Source of the DNA: an uncultured archaeon
GTDB taxonomy: Archaea; Asgardarchaeota; Lokiarchaeia; Sigyniarchaeales; SOKP01
Assembly (NCBI GenBank): GCA_964486045.1
Contig: CAZALK010000007.1
Span: forward strand, 96,001-160,000
Direction: 5' to 3'
Length of the DNA stretch: 64,000 nt
Shown: one piece after another, positions 20,324-31,357 of the stretch
Numbering within the stretch: position 1 is the stretch's first letter
How the letters are laid out: every line of letters starts with the position of its first letter
The notes under the pieces: model-generated
Told to the model about the DNA's origin: nothing
Databases searched by the model: none
Seen by the model: only the letters and a program-made list of their open reading frames with translations
Made by a program: the position numbers and the translations under genes

Positions 20324-20559
20324 TTAAGTTCACTTGCCTATGAACTAAATATTTTTTTTTTTATTATTATTCTATCATTCTGCGTAAAATCTTTAATTTT
20401 AAACATTCAAAGATGGTAAAATTTTAATAATTTATTCATCTGACAATATTTCTATTGCGTATTCGTAAAAATCTTCATTTAAATTGATTTTAGAGTAGAA
20501 AAAAAAGATTAAATTAAGGAATATTTCCTATAGTTAAGTTCACAGTCGGATGAACTTAA
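20324..20559. promoter_or_regulatory. Two copies of palindrome AGTTCA-N8-TGAACT
   Basis: 20327-20346 AGTTCA-cttgccta-TGAACT; 20534-20559 TTAAGTTCA-cagtcgga-TGAACTTAA. Confidence 0.6.
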
Positions 20560-20579
20560 ATCAATTAAGATAGTTAAAA

Positions 20580-20829
20580 AGTTATTATCAAAATTGTTCT
20601 AATTTTTTTATCATGGTGTTTTAGTAAACCTCTTCTCCCCTTATTATTATTAGAATATGTGCTATAAAGAACATCGTGTAAGTATTATGATTATTACTTA
20701 GTGCGATCATGCATAACCAATTTGGTAAAAAAAGGGTGTCTATTAAGCATGTGCGTGGTAATCCTTCAAGTTATGCTATTTCAAAAGAATTTCTTCTGAT
20801 CTATGAGGATCTGAAAGTTTTAAGTTAGA
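20580..20829 (+). pseudogene. Possible decayed winged-helix protein
   Basis: Fragments VRSCITNLVKKG and IKHVRGNPSSYAISKEF, broken by a stop and a frameshift. Confidence 0.35.
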
Positions 20830-20926
20830 GCTAAGATTAATATTGTATTAGAATAAAATCTTTATTTGATAAAGACGAAGATAGAATTTTAACTAAACTT
20901 TTTGAAATTAAATGAGTTAACGAAAA

Positions 20927-22609
20927 ATGAAAGGATTTAGAGGTGCGACAATTTCTCAATTTGAAACAGATTTTCTTCAAGAAATAGAAAAATTAACAGA
21001 AAACAAATTTTATTTCAGGCGAAAGGACGAACTTTCGTTTTCCGATATGTACTTTGCAACGGAAAATAACGAGATTATAGAATTAAGAATTTTTAAATGC
21101 GGATTATTGATTCTCCCAAAATCAATAGGTAATCTCACCTCTCTTAAAAAACTGAATTTAGTAAATAATGAGTTAGAAAAGCTTCCAGAGTCGATAGGAA
21201 ACTTGACATCTCTGAAAAAATTATATCTTACTGGTAATCCATTGAAACACCTTCCAGAGTCGATAGGAAACTTGACATCGTTAGAAGAAATTCTTTTAGA
21301 TTGGGAAAAAATAACTCATTTTCCAAAATCCATGAGTCACCTTAAAATCCCAGAAAAACTTTATTTACCTGACAAAAATTTAATGATTCTCCCTGAGTCT
21401 ATAAGCAACCTCTCCTCGCTTAGAGAACTTTTTTTATCATATAATAATCTAAAATCTCTCCCAAAATCTATAAGGAATCTCATATCTCTTAAAAAACTCC
21501 TTCTTGGGAGTAATCCGTTCTTAGTCTTCCCAGAATCAATTATAGAACTAAAACGCTTAGAAATGATAGATTTGAGTAATGCTAAGTTAAAACTTCTTCC
21601 AGAGTCGATAGGTAAATTTAATTCCCTTAAAAGACTATGGTTAAGGGGTAATAAGCTAAAAAACCTCCCAAAATCAATAGGTAACCTTACTTCTTTGGAA
21701 GAACTATATCTTGGGAGTAATCGATTATCTAGTCTCCCAGAGTCAATAGGCAACTTTACGTCTCTAAAAATACTTGATTTAAGCAAGAACAATCTTATAA
21801 CTCTTCCAGAATCGATTGGTAACCTTAGTTCTTTGGAAGCATTGTATCTTGGGGGTAATCAGTTATTAAGTCTCCCAGAATCAATAGGTAACCTTAAATC
21901 TCTGAAAATACTAGATTTGATTAGCAATCCGTTAAAAGACCTCCCAGACTCGACAGAAAATCTCACATCAAAGATCCTATATCCCTCTCTAAGAGAGGAT
22001 GTTTTAAGAAGACTTGAGCAGTGCGATTTTAACGAGATAAAAGAGTTCTTGCATACTGCCGAATCAAGTCCCTTAGGAGAAGAAGGCATATTTAGCCTTT
22101 TTGAGAGAATTAAGTCTATTAGCGTTGGAAGTCAAAATGGGGATAGATTTGAAGTTTTGGATTTATTAATGGATAACTTACAATTCAATTATGGAGTCGA
22201 GTTCACCCTATCTGAAATAGCAAATTTTCGCTTATGTGAGAATGAGAGGAACCCCTTTCTAGGGATTATGAATACTTCTACTTATTCGTACGAAGAAGGC
22301 AATTTTGAAGATGATACAATTCGACGGAGATATTGGAATAATAAACTCTATTATAATATTTTTAGAGGACATGTTCTGAGTATAGAACTACTTTGCGATA
22401 CTTCTCCTTCTGTCTTATTTTATAACAACCTAAAAAAAATATCCAGTTTCTCATTCTTAAAAGATTTAAATTTACTCTTTTTTTGCGAATATAAATATGA
22501 TCACATAAAGAAAGATATTAGAGATTTAGATTTTCTTAAAAGAATAAAAGTATACGAATTTTATAAATCTTTTACTCAGCCATCTTTAAGAACTATTCTC
22601 AAGAAGTAG
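20927..22609 (+). CDS. Leucine-rich repeat protein
   Basis: About 12 repeats of the 23-aa unit LxxLPESIGNLTSLxxLxLxxN. Confidence 0.97.
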   Translation: MKGFRGATISQFETDFLQEIEKLTENKFYFRRKDELSFSDMYFATENNEIIELRIFKCGLLILPKSIGNLTSLKKLNLVNNELEKLPESIGNLTSLKKLYLTGNPLKHLPESIGNLTSLEEILLDWEKITHFPKSMSHLKIPEKLYLPDKNLMILPESISNLSSLRELFLSYNNLKSLPKSIRNLISLKKLLLGSNPFLVFPESIIELKRLEMIDLSNAKLKLLPESIGKFNSLKRLWLRGNKLKNLPKSIGNLTSLEELYLGSNRLSSLPESIGNFTSLKILDLSKNNLITLPESIGNLSSLEALYLGGNQLLSLPESIGNLKSLKILDLISNPLKDLPDSTENLTSKILYPSLREDVLRRLEQCDFNEIKEFLHTAESSPLGEEGIFSLFERIKSISVGSQNGDRFEVLDLLMDNLQFNYGVEFTLSEIANFRLCENERNPFLGIMNTSTYSYEEGNFEDDTIRRRYWNNKLYYNIFRGHVLSIELLCDTSPSVLFYNNLKKISSFSFLKDLNLLFFCEYKYDHIKKDIRDLDFLKRIKVYEFYKSFTQPSLRTILKK

Positions 22610-22871
22610 TATGAGAAATGTTTACTAGATATTATTATTAAAAAAAATTTATATAAAAAAATAATTAAAAAATTTAAGCAATGTCATAATTTTCCTAAAA
22701 AATCAAACTTTAACCATGGAAAATTTACGTCAAAATCGTCGTTTAATGTCTTTAAACCACTCCTAAATTAGTTAATTATTCTTTTTGAGAAAATTTATTA
22801 CAATTCTATATCTTTTATTTTTAAAAAAGACATTTAGTTATCAATTTCAATTTTCTTTTAAATGAGACTTA

Positions 22872-24281
22872 GTGGTTCAGATGAGTAGAGATTTAAAAAT
22901 CGCGAGACCCCAAATAGAAAGATTAATCAACATGTACAAATTAGATGAAGCCCAAAAGAACCTAATATTTCAAGAATTCACTAAATTTAAGCCCCAAACA
23001 TCAGTTAGACAATTTATTAAAGAATTTTCTGCAAAAACTGAGTTTACGGAAGACGTACTTCAAAAATTTTTTTGGTTTTCATTTGATACTTATTCAGTTT
23101 TCTTAGAGAATGGTGAACCGTTCAATCAAACCTTCAATGATATCATAAAATCCCCGATTGAAAATGAATTTCCTGACTTGGCAAAGCAATTTAAAGATTT
23201 TGACGATTTAAAAGATTTCTACTCACGAATAGTTAAAATAGTAGATTTTGAATATTATAAAGTTTTTACTATTGAGGGTATCAATCAGATTAATATAGGA
23301 TTCTCTAACATTGTTAGTTTATATATTTTTACCATTAATGATAAGATTGTTCTCATCGATGCGGGTTATTCAACAAAATATTGGCAAAATGCTTTTTTTA
23401 AAGCCTTAAATGATCTAGGGTTTAATCTTGAAGATATAGATTACTGTATTGTAACTCATGAGCACCCTGATCATGTAGGATTGATTTCTAACCTAAAGAG
23501 AGCAAATCCAGATGTTAAAATTTGTATACATAAAACCGCCAATGAGCTAGGAAAACTAAGGAAAGAATTAATGGAAAATACTAACTTGGGGGAAAAAATG
23601 GAGGAAAGAGGACAATTACTAGTTAGTTACGGTCTCAAGAAGGAGGAAGTCGCTTTAATGATGCAAAGATTTGGTAGAGGGGGAATGAGATTTGAATATA
23701 TTGAACCCGATTTATTACTTAATAATGATGATAAAATCGTAGGTGGTGAATTACAAATTGTCCACTCTCCAGGTCATTCAGTTGGGCATATATGCATATA
23801 TTATCCCAAAAAAGGCATTTTATTCTCTGGAGACCATATATTAAGTAAGATTACACCACACTTGGGCACCCTGGTAATTCCAGGTGCTGAAGAGTTTAAC
23901 AAAAAAAACAACTATGAAAACATCTTAGAACACTATCTCAGATCTCTGGATCGAATCGATGAGTTGAATGCAAGAATAATATTGCCCGGACACGAACAAA
24001 TCATCTACAATCCCCATGATAGAATAACGGCAATAAAAAATCATCATCAGAATCGCCTTTATGAAATATCAAAAATCATTCAAAATAATCCAATAACACC
24101 CCTTCAGATTGCTCTTCATCATTTCGGTAACGATTTGGACCAAATGAATCAAATCCTTGCAATTAGTGAATCAATAGTTCATTTGGATTATTTAGAAGTT
24201 CATAATAAGGTATACAAAAAGAAAGAAGACGGATTACTTCTTTACTGGTCTGATAATCCATGGGAGAAAATTGAATATTAA
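22872..24281 (+). CDS. MBL-fold metallo-hydrolase with N-terminal extension
   Basis: THEHPDHVG, SPGHSVGH, FSGDHIL, PGH. Confidence 0.92.
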   Translation: MVQMSRDLKIARPQIERLINMYKLDEAQKNLIFQEFTKFKPQTSVRQFIKEFSAKTEFTEDVLQKFFWFSFDTYSVFLENGEPFNQTFNDIIKSPIENEFPDLAKQFKDFDDLKDFYSRIVKIVDFEYYKVFTIEGINQINIGFSNIVSLYIFTINDKIVLIDAGYSTKYWQNAFFKALNDLGFNLEDIDYCIVTHEHPDHVGLISNLKRANPDVKICIHKTANELGKLRKELMENTNLGEKMEERGQLLVSYGLKKEEVALMMQRFGRGGMRFEYIEPDLLLNNDDKIVGGELQIVHSPGHSVGHICIYYPKKGILFSGDHILSKITPHLGTLVIPGAEEFNKKNNYENILEHYLRSLDRIDELNARIILPGHEQIIYNPHDRITAIKNHHQNRLYEISKIIQNNPITPLQIALHHFGNDLDQMNQILAISESIVHLDYLEVHNKVYKKKEDGLLLYWSDNPWEKIEY

Positions 24282-24413
24282 TTTAGATTTGTGTCTTTTG
24301 ATATTTAAAAGCTATTATTAGACATTTAAAAGGTTAAAAACATTTAGTCTAACTATAAGCTAACTTAGATTTTTAAGTATAATTTTGAAGAAAATACAAA
24401 TTATGGTGTAAAT

Positions 24414-25241
24414 ATGACAAATTTTATGGATATAGAAGAACCAGGTGTAGCAGTAATCACTGGTGCGAGTTCCGGTATAGGTGATTCTTTCGCACGTATC
24501 TTAAGTTCTCAAGGTTTTGATTTAGTTATTACTGCTCGAAGAAAAGACAGATTGGAAGCTCTTGCCGCAGAACTGAAGCAAAAAGATGGAGTAAAGGTTG
24601 AGATTTTATCAGGTGATCTTTCAAAACCTGAATTTATGGAAGAAGTTGCTTCGTATATCGAAGGCATTAAAAATCTTGATGTTTTGGTGAACAATGCGGG
24701 ATTTGGAGGTTTAGAAGATTTTATCAGTAAAAATTCCAATATCAAAATTTTTATGACAATGCTCAATCTTCATTGTGGTGCCGTAGTTCGTTTAATGCAT
24801 GCAGCACTGAAACAGATGCGAACTAACGACAGAGGAGCAATTTTTAACATCTCTTCTATAGCATCACTAATATTACACGGTTCACGAGAACCAATGTATC
24901 ACTCTACAAAAGCATTTGTATCAGCTTTTACAGAGATGGTACAGCTCAAATTAAACTTCATTAAATCAAAAGTGAAGCTTAAAAGTATTTGTCCAGGAAA
25001 TACCAATACGGAAATCTTCGGTCCTGCGGCTATTGCTACACCTGGAAAGTTTGGTGGACCGATGGACCCTGAAGAAGTAGTAAAAATTGCATTAGATTCA
25101 TACAAAAATAAAGATACTATAGTAATTACAGGCGACCATAATATAGAGGAAGTAGTGGAGTGGCGTGAATCAGCGTATAAAAAACCAGGTAGATACTTTT
25201 CAAAAGAATTCTCAAAATCAGGATTATACAAGAAATTATAA
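24414..25241 (+). CDS. Short-chain dehydrogenase/reductase
   Basis: TGASSGIG, NNAG, YHSTK. Confidence 0.95.
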   Translation: MTNFMDIEEPGVAVITGASSGIGDSFARILSSQGFDLVITARRKDRLEALAAELKQKDGVKVEILSGDLSKPEFMEEVASYIEGIKNLDVLVNNAGFGGLEDFISKNSNIKIFMTMLNLHCGAVVRLMHAALKQMRTNDRGAIFNISSIASLILHGSREPMYHSTKAFVSAFTEMVQLKLNFIKSKVKLKSICPGNTNTEIFGPAAIATPGKFGGPMDPEEVVKIALDSYKNKDTIVITGDHNIEEVVEWRESAYKKPGRYFSKEFSKSGLYKKL

Positions 25242-25292
25242 ATCTGTCATTTCATATTTTAAAATTCTAAAGCAATATCAGAATGATTATTA

Positions 25293-26042
25293 ATGCCTGT
25301 CGAACCTAAATTGGCCGCAACTGTAATTTTGTTACGTAAGCGAACACCAGACTCAGAATCTGAAGATGATTGTGAGTTTGAGGTATTCATGGCTAAGCGA
25401 CATGAAAATGCCAGATTTATGAGCAAACATCACGTTTTTCCTGGAGGTAGTCTAGATAAACAAGACTTAACTGAAGATTCAAAAACAAGAATAATAGGAC
25501 TTGATACAAAGGTCATTAATAATTTAAAAGAAGTATGTGAAGATCCGTGGAATCTTTGGATTATCGCAATCCGAGAATTATTTGAAGAAGCTGGGATTTT
25601 AATCGCTACTAATAAATCTGGAAAGTCAATTGGAAAAATTGAGGATAAAACTGGGAAATTAAAAAAGTATCAAGAGGAACTTCAAAGAAAACAATTAGCG
25701 ATGACAGATGTTTTGATCAAAGAAGATCTTTATTATAATGCAAACAAATTAAAATATTTTGGAAGATTGATAACTCCTGAGATATCTCCCATTAGGTTTG
25801 ATACTCAATTCTTTATATGTAAATTTCCTAAAAATCAGAATATTAATTTGTTTAGTGATGAATTAACCGAATGTTTATGGGGAACTCCAAAACAATTATT
25901 GAAGCAATATAGAAAAAGGCAAATCAAATTAATTTTTCCTCAATATTCCTCACTTCAACGGCTTCAAAAGTTTAAAACAATTCAGGACGTACTAGATAAT
26001 TCGAAAGAAGTTTCTAGCCACAATCGATTGGATGATATATGA
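25293..26042 (+). CDS. NUDIX hydrolase (NUDT19-like)
   Basis: AATVILLR, VFPGG, AIRELFEEAG, ITP...RFDT-FF. Confidence 0.9.
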   Translation: MPVEPKLAATVILLRKRTPDSESEDDCEFEVFMAKRHENARFMSKHHVFPGGSLDKQDLTEDSKTRIIGLDTKVINNLKEVCEDPWNLWIIAIRELFEEAGILIATNKSGKSIGKIEDKTGKLKKYQEELQRKQLAMTDVLIKEDLYYNANKLKYFGRLITPEISPIRFDTQFFICKFPKNQNINLFSDELTECLWGTPKQLLKQYRKRQIKLIFPQYSSLQRLQKFKTIQDVLDNSKEVSSHNRLDDI

Positions 26043-26098
26043 GGGATATTTTTCTCTGTTTATTAAGAAATTTAATTAAATTTTTCAGAAATTTTTCT

Positions 26099-26932
26099 TT
26101 ATGGAAGTCCAACTCCAGGTATTTCAACTTCCACTATTTCAATTCGTCCTTCTAATCGGTCAGATGTAGACGTAGCTACAAAGAGAGTACGGCGATCAAT
26201 TCCTCCTAACATGCAAGCAAAGGGTTGGCTTGAAACCTTAATTTCATGAGTCACTTTACCACCTTCAAGAACTCGAAAAATCTTACCTCTGCCTGGTGAG
26301 GCTATCCAAATTCTTCCTTCTGCATCAAGACAAATCCCATCGGGAGTCATAGAATTCAAATTTGCCCATATTCGTCGTCCTTCCAATAGACCGTTATCCA
26401 AAATATCAAAGGCAGTCAGTTTACTTCTAAAAGTTTCGGCAACAATAAGAGTTTTATCATCTGGAGTAATAACAGTGCCATTTGGAAAGGCCAATTTATC
26501 AGCAACAATTTGGGCATTACCCTCCGGGGTTACTAAAATAATTTCTGCTGGTTTGAATTTCTCACTTTGATAATCAAACCCAAAATTTCCAACATATGCT
26601 CTTCCTTTCTTATCTACAACCATGTCATTACATTTAAAGGTCGCTAATGAGCTTAAATCTGCGACTTCTTTTAATCCGTCAGGGGTAAGTTTTAACAAGC
26701 GCATATCATCCATTGAAACTATTAACAAAGTACCATCGGGAAGCCAACCCAAACCAGAAGGAGAATCTTTCATCTCAATAATAGTCTCAGTATTCCCTTT
26801 TAGATCAACGGTCATAACCTTTTTCATGTCCATATCGGAAAACCATAATTTTTCCTCTCTCCAACGTGGTCCTTCTGGGAACTTTAAACCCTCTAGAAAT
26901 ATTTCCGTTTCTAATAAATCTGGTTTACTCAT
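26099..26932 (-). CDS. SMP-30/gluconolactonase family protein
   Basis: FPEGPRW, NDMVVD, FPNG, PDGICLDAEG. Confidence 0.93.
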   Translation of the reverse strand: MSKPDLLETEIFLEGLKFPEGPRWREEKLWFSDMDMKKVMTVDLKGNTETIIEMKDSPSGLGWLPDGTLLIVSMDDMRLLKLTPDGLKEVADLSSLATFKCNDMVVDKKGRAYVGNFGFDYQSEKFKPAEIILVTPEGNAQIVADKLAFPNGTVITPDDKTLIVAETFRSKLTAFDILDNGLLEGRRIWANLNSMTPDGICLDAEGRIWIASPGRGKIFRVLEGGKVTHEIKVSSQPFACMLGGIDRRTLFVATSTSDRLEGRIEIVEVEIPGVGLP

Positions 26933-27031
26933 ATCTCATCAAACTTACTTAACAATTGATCGTTATTCTAATTTAAAAAATAAGAAGGAACCTGAGATAA
27001 AAATTTTACTCAATAAAATGAAATTTTGATT

Positions 27032-27391
27032 TTAGTACATTACAATACCAGTTTGTTGAGTTTCATTAAAAATTTCATTAGCTTTTACATAAATATAAGA
27101 GGTTTCCCATAATTCAGATGTAACTCTTATAATTTTTCCAATAACTTTTATGGCATCCCCAACACTTACATGACATAATTTTGAGCATTTTACCACTATA
27201 ACTGAGTTTGCTTTTAATATTTCCCCTTTAGCTTTCTTAAAGCGGACTTCGAGATCTTCAGCAAGTACTATTGGGAATACCAATCTATGGCGTACATAAT
27301 CTCCAGGGGAAACAACTGCATATATGGGCTTACCTTTTACTAAACCTTTTATAATTATTCCCGTTTCCTTACTTACTTCTGCAACAGACAT
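27032..27391 (-). CDS. Hypothetical protein, OB-fold-like
   Basis: Beta-rich; VGD-I-V-G pattern. Confidence 0.6.
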   Translation of the reverse strand: MSVAEVSKETGIIIKGLVKGKPIYAVVSPGDYVRHRLVFPIVLAEDLEVRFKKAKGEILKANSVIVVKCSKLCHVSVGDAIKVIGKIIRVTSELWETSYIYVKANEIFNETQQTGIVMY

Positions 27392-27562
27392 ACATCAATT
27401 TCACTACTTTTCTAATATTATATTTATCGATATTGTATAAATCAATTACTTTTTTTTCAGAAAATACTGTATATTTACTATTTTTAAAAGGATAGTTACT
27501 TCAGCTATAAAAAGATAGTTTTATTTAGTGTCCAATTCAATTAGTATAGAAGGTGAATTGTT

Positions 27563-28642
27563 TTGACGCTAAAAACGAATATTACAGAAATGTTTGGAAT
27601 TAAGCATCCAATCGCAAATGCGGCTATGGGCCCTTTTAGAACAACTGAAATGGCAATTGCAGTCTCAGAGGCTGGTGGACTTGGCATGATCTCTCATGCA
27701 AACCAATCTATGGATGGTAGGGAATTAGATGCGATTGTTGCTATGAAGAAAAATCTTGATTACGTCGTTGAACATACTGAGGGAATTTTTGGATTCAATG
27801 TAAGAACTTCGAGATTAACTATAAATTGTGATAAATTGATTTCCGAAACCTCAAAGCATATAATAGAAAATCCCAAACTGAAAGAACAATGCCTATACGC
27901 GCTCACTAGTGCAGGTTCAGCATCAAGAATGCCCCAAAACAAAGATTTTCAAAAATTACGGGAAAATTCACAGATTAAACACTTCCATGTCGCACCTGCA
28001 CTTTGGTTAGCAGATAAATGTGTGGCTGCGGGATGTGACGGGCTTGTTGTCACCGGTTTTGAAGGTGGGGGACACCAATCATATGAAAAAGTCGGTGGCA
28101 TGGTTTTATTATAGCAAGTGCAGCAAAAGCACCCCGATATCCCAAAAATCGCGTGTGGTGGGTACGCCACGGGAGATGGTCTGGCGGCAGCTTTAGCGAT
28201 CGGCGCTGGAGGCGTTGCTATGGGATCGAGGTTCATCGCGTCGAAGGACGCCGAATTTCACGAAAACTACAAGAATGTAATACCACCGGCTAAAGCTCAG
28301 GATACGATTATAAGAACGGGAGGTTTAGGAACCATTAGGCTCTGGAAAAACAAATTTTCTTTAGCAAAGGGATTAGTAAAAAGTAAAGAAGAAAAAATGA
28401 CTGAGGAAAAATCACTACGGGATCACCGAACCGAGATCTCAAAGGAAGATCTTGCTGAAGAATTAAGAAAAGATGCAATCGCAGGTTTTGCAGCTTATGA
28501 AGGAGATGTAGAGAACGGTTATGTGTTATTAGGTCAGAGTATTGGTGTTATAAACAGTGTCGAGAGTGTTTCTGATATCATCGAAAGTGTTATTTCAGGC
28601 GCAGAAAAAGCTTTAAAAAAAGCTATAACTTATGTGGGATAA
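27563..28642 (+). pseudogene. Nitronate monooxygenase/FabK-like flavoprotein with in-frame TAG at 28112-28114
   Basis: Two same-frame ORFs join: G-EGGGH...MVLL*QVQQ...CGG-ATG-GLAAAL-GA-GV-MGSRFIAS. Confidence 0.85.
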
Positions 28643-28683
28643 CTCCCCTCGTTTATACCATTTAAATTATCTTTTTTTTTATT

Positions 28684-28852
28684 TTATCTCTTATTTCTCA
28701 ATAAATGAATTAATTCACTCCAATCTTCTCTTCCATGTAATGGTTTAAGTAATTTATTTTCAAGAAGCTGATCCTCCTCATTAAATCCGCTCTCAATAGC
28801 TTTTCTCAGATAATCAACTGCTTTTTTGGAATTGCCTATTGCAGAATATTTT
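28684..28852 (-). pseudogene. 3' remnant of a TPR protein
   Basis: KYSAIGNSKKAVDYLRKAIESGFNEEDQLLENKLLKPLHGREDWSELIHLLRNKR* with no start; resembles a TPR capping region. Confidence 0.55.
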
Positions 28853-28933
28853 ACGGTTCTAGCGGGATTAATACTAATGTCTCAAAAATCTTCATTTCAA
28901 AAACATTTTAACTACGGGAAAACTCCAATAATT

Positions 28934-29727
28934 ATGACAATTGACGGTATAGATCAAGGAACTTGTTCTAATTGTTATTCATGTATCAATGTTTGTCCAG
29001 CTACACTCTACAAAAAAATGGAAGATGGGAGTGTGAAGTTCCTTACTAATCGGTTTTGCATTAAATGTGGACATTGCGTGAGTGCGTGTTCAGAAGATGC
29101 GATTATTAGAAGTGACATGGATGACGTTGAAGAGTTCCCCGTAGGGAAAAAAATAGAGGATTTCGTGGAATATGGGGATTTAATGAATCTTTTTCGAGCA
29201 AAACGCTCGTTAAGACGATATAAAAAGAAGAAAGTTGACGAAGATTCATTAAATAAGATTTATAAGGCTATTAGATACGCTCCATCTGGAGGTAACAGCA
29301 GAATGTGGAAATTCGCGCTTGTTTCCGATCAGAAAAAGATAGAAATCCTCCGTGAAAGGATTATAGAGGAAGTATCGAAAGTAAATCCTAGGTATGGGAA
29401 GGGTTATTATGTGAAAAAAAAGTTAGGGATGGACCCTATATTTTTTAATGCACCCCATCTTTTAATTCTTTATTATCCACCTAATTCACTATCAAGCGGG
29501 ATAAATACGGGGATTGCTTTGACTTACGGTATGTTAGCAGCCGAGAGTATTGGTGTCGGAAGCTGTTGGATAGGTGTGGCTCATAGACTACTTGCAGCTA
29601 ATGAAGATCTAAGGAATTTGGTTAACATCGATGGAGTGGTAGGTGGTGTTATAACTTAGGTTATCCAGCTATTAAATACTACAGGTTTCCGTCCCGTTCA
29701 CCCCTCAAAATATCAAAAATAGAATGA
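28934..29727 (+). CDS. Ferredoxin-nitroreductase fusion with a frameshift near 29656
   Basis: Two CxxCxxCxxxC(P/S) motifs, RS-R-Y, APSGGN, G-GSCWIG. The conserved LGYP continues in another frame to TGA 29725-29727. Confidence 0.88.
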
Positions 29728-29997
29728 TATAAATTATAGTCAACTCCTTAATTAGAAATACAAAATATGAAATGGAATATAATGGAGCTAGTGGCACTAT
29801 AGCTTATAGTGCCTTCAATAGTGGGAAACTACAACACCATTACAGAAAAGAATGTGCTTTATAATAAAGGGCACGGGATTCAAGTGGAAATATAGAATTA
29901 TGAATTTTTAATATTATTAAACACCCAAATATTATAAAAAAGGTTTAAAATTATTATAGTAGAAAAATATAAAAAGTAGAGTTTTCTATTTTTAATT

Positions 29998-30270
29998 ATG
30001 GCAAATGTAAAAATGAATAACAAAAGTCTTTTAGAAAAGTTACAAGCTGAAATTACATTAAAAATTGGGAGGAAAATGTCTCAACAAGACATATTGGATA
30101 AAAGTATTGAATTTACATATAATCGACTTGAGGATTTTATAAAAGAAAATATTAACCATCCTCCAATTACTGATGAATTAATAAATCGATTAAAGAATAG
30201 TGCTATTGATGCTCCCTTAGTACATCAAGATAAATCCGATGATGAATTGTTATACGGATTAAAAAGATGA
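29998..30270 (+). CDS. Putative antitoxin (VapB-like)
   Basis: Small ORF ending D-E-L-L-Y-G, directly upstream of a PIN gene. Confidence 0.75.
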   Translation: MANVKMNNKSLLEKLQAEITLKIGRKMSQQDILDKSIEFTYNRLEDFIKENINHPPITDELINRLKNSAIDAPLVHQDKSDDELLYGLKR

Positions 30271-30291
30271 TGATTTAGAGAGTGATTCATC

Positions 30292-30711
30292 ATAGTTATT
30301 ATTCTTGATTCTAATTTTCTATTCGCAATTACTTTTAAAAGAGATAAAAATTTTCTAAGAGCTTATGAACTATTTATGGAATTAAAAGAAAGTAAAGTCC
30401 AGCCCTTACTTACAAATAATTTAGTTTTAGAAGAAACCATAAATCTAGTAGTTGCGAGATTTAATGGGAATCTTTTTCATTTAGATAAGATTTATAAGTT
30501 ATTTTGGGGAGATGATAATTTTTTTCAGACTGAATATTTAATGCAAGATGAGTATAAAACAGTATTTAATGACCTAAAAAAATACACAACCCCTAAGAGA
30601 TTATTGAGTTTTATTGATGCTTCCTTAATATCTTTATATCAAAAGTATAAGGGAGATAAAATCCTTTCTTTTGACAGTCATTTTGATAATATTCTTGAAA
30701 GATTATATTGA
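30292..30711 (+). CDS. vapC: PIN-domain toxin; probable ATA start at 30292
   Basis: The upstream in-frame extension supplies the catalytic ILDSN motif; also VLEET, LSFIDAS and SFDSHF. Confidence 0.88.
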   Translation: MVIILDSNFLFAITFKRDKNFLRAYELFMELKESKVQPLLTNNLVLEETINLVVARFNGNLFHLDKIYKLFWGDDNFFQTEYLMQDEYKTVFNDLKKYTTPKRLLSFIDASLISLYQKYKGDKILSFDSHFDNILERLY

Positions 30712-30873
30712 TATATTTTATTAATAGGTTACCTAACCGTAGTTGTTATATTTGATATCACATTTCCAAATCTTCCAGCATTCAAAACAACTTCCATAAT
30801 TAAACCCAAATATACATTAGATGCAAAATCTACAACGTTTCTTCAAGCTGAGAAAGAACAAATAATTAAAAAA

Positions 30874-31122
30874 ATGAATCTCGATTTATATTTTGATATG
30901 GTAAAACTGAAAATCGACATAGGAATTAAATTTATGAAACAAAAAAAATTCGATGAATCGATACAATTATTTCAAATTGCTTTAACTCTTGTTAAAGAGA
31001 AATACAACACTTTACCAGAAACAATAACTACCAGATTTTACGAGGTTATCAAAATTAGAGAAATAAAAAGTTTAATTAGTCAATCTGAAATCAGGAAATT
31101 AAATATACTAAATAGATTGTGA
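30874..31122 (+). CDS. Hypothetical protein with TPR-like helix, probably 5'-truncated
   Basis: The frame stays open back to 30712, immediately after the vapC stop. Confidence 0.45.
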   Translation: MNLDLYFDMVKLKIDIGIKFMKQKKFDESIQLFQIALTLVKEKYNTLPETITTRFYEVIKIREIKSLISQSEIRKLNILNRL

Positions 31123-31357
31123 AATAATAATTCATCATAACCTAGGGCGTGAGAGGAGGAGGAGGAGAATTTAAAAACTTTGAGATCATAGATCGAAGTT
31201 TTGTTTTTAGAAATGAATTTTAAAAAATAATTAAGGAAATAAATGACATTAAATTATATGACTATTTCTCAATTGGTAAAAAACGTTTGAAGTTTTTATC
31301 TCTAGAAAAAGTTGAGCCGAAAATTATTTATTTGTAGAAAATTTTTTATTTGAAAGA

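Noticed and set aside
19002-20333. Long antisense ORFs (19002-19340, 19719-20333) and similar shadows such as 21361-21792, 26622-27029, 46688-47062 and 47845-48051
   Set aside because: They lie opposite well-supported genes and have no recognisable motifs.
21100-21960. ~69-bp periodic repeats as a CRISPR array or DGR
   Set aside because: They are in-frame LRR units; there are no unique spacers, cas genes or reverse transcriptase.
28826-28933. N-terminal extension of the nitroreductase
   Set aside because: It overlaps an antisense TPR remnant; the ferredoxin domain starts at the ATG at 28934.
29650-29660. Programmed ribosomal frameshifting at the frameshift sites
   Set aside because: No slippery heptamer with a downstream structure was seen; single-base loss is simpler.
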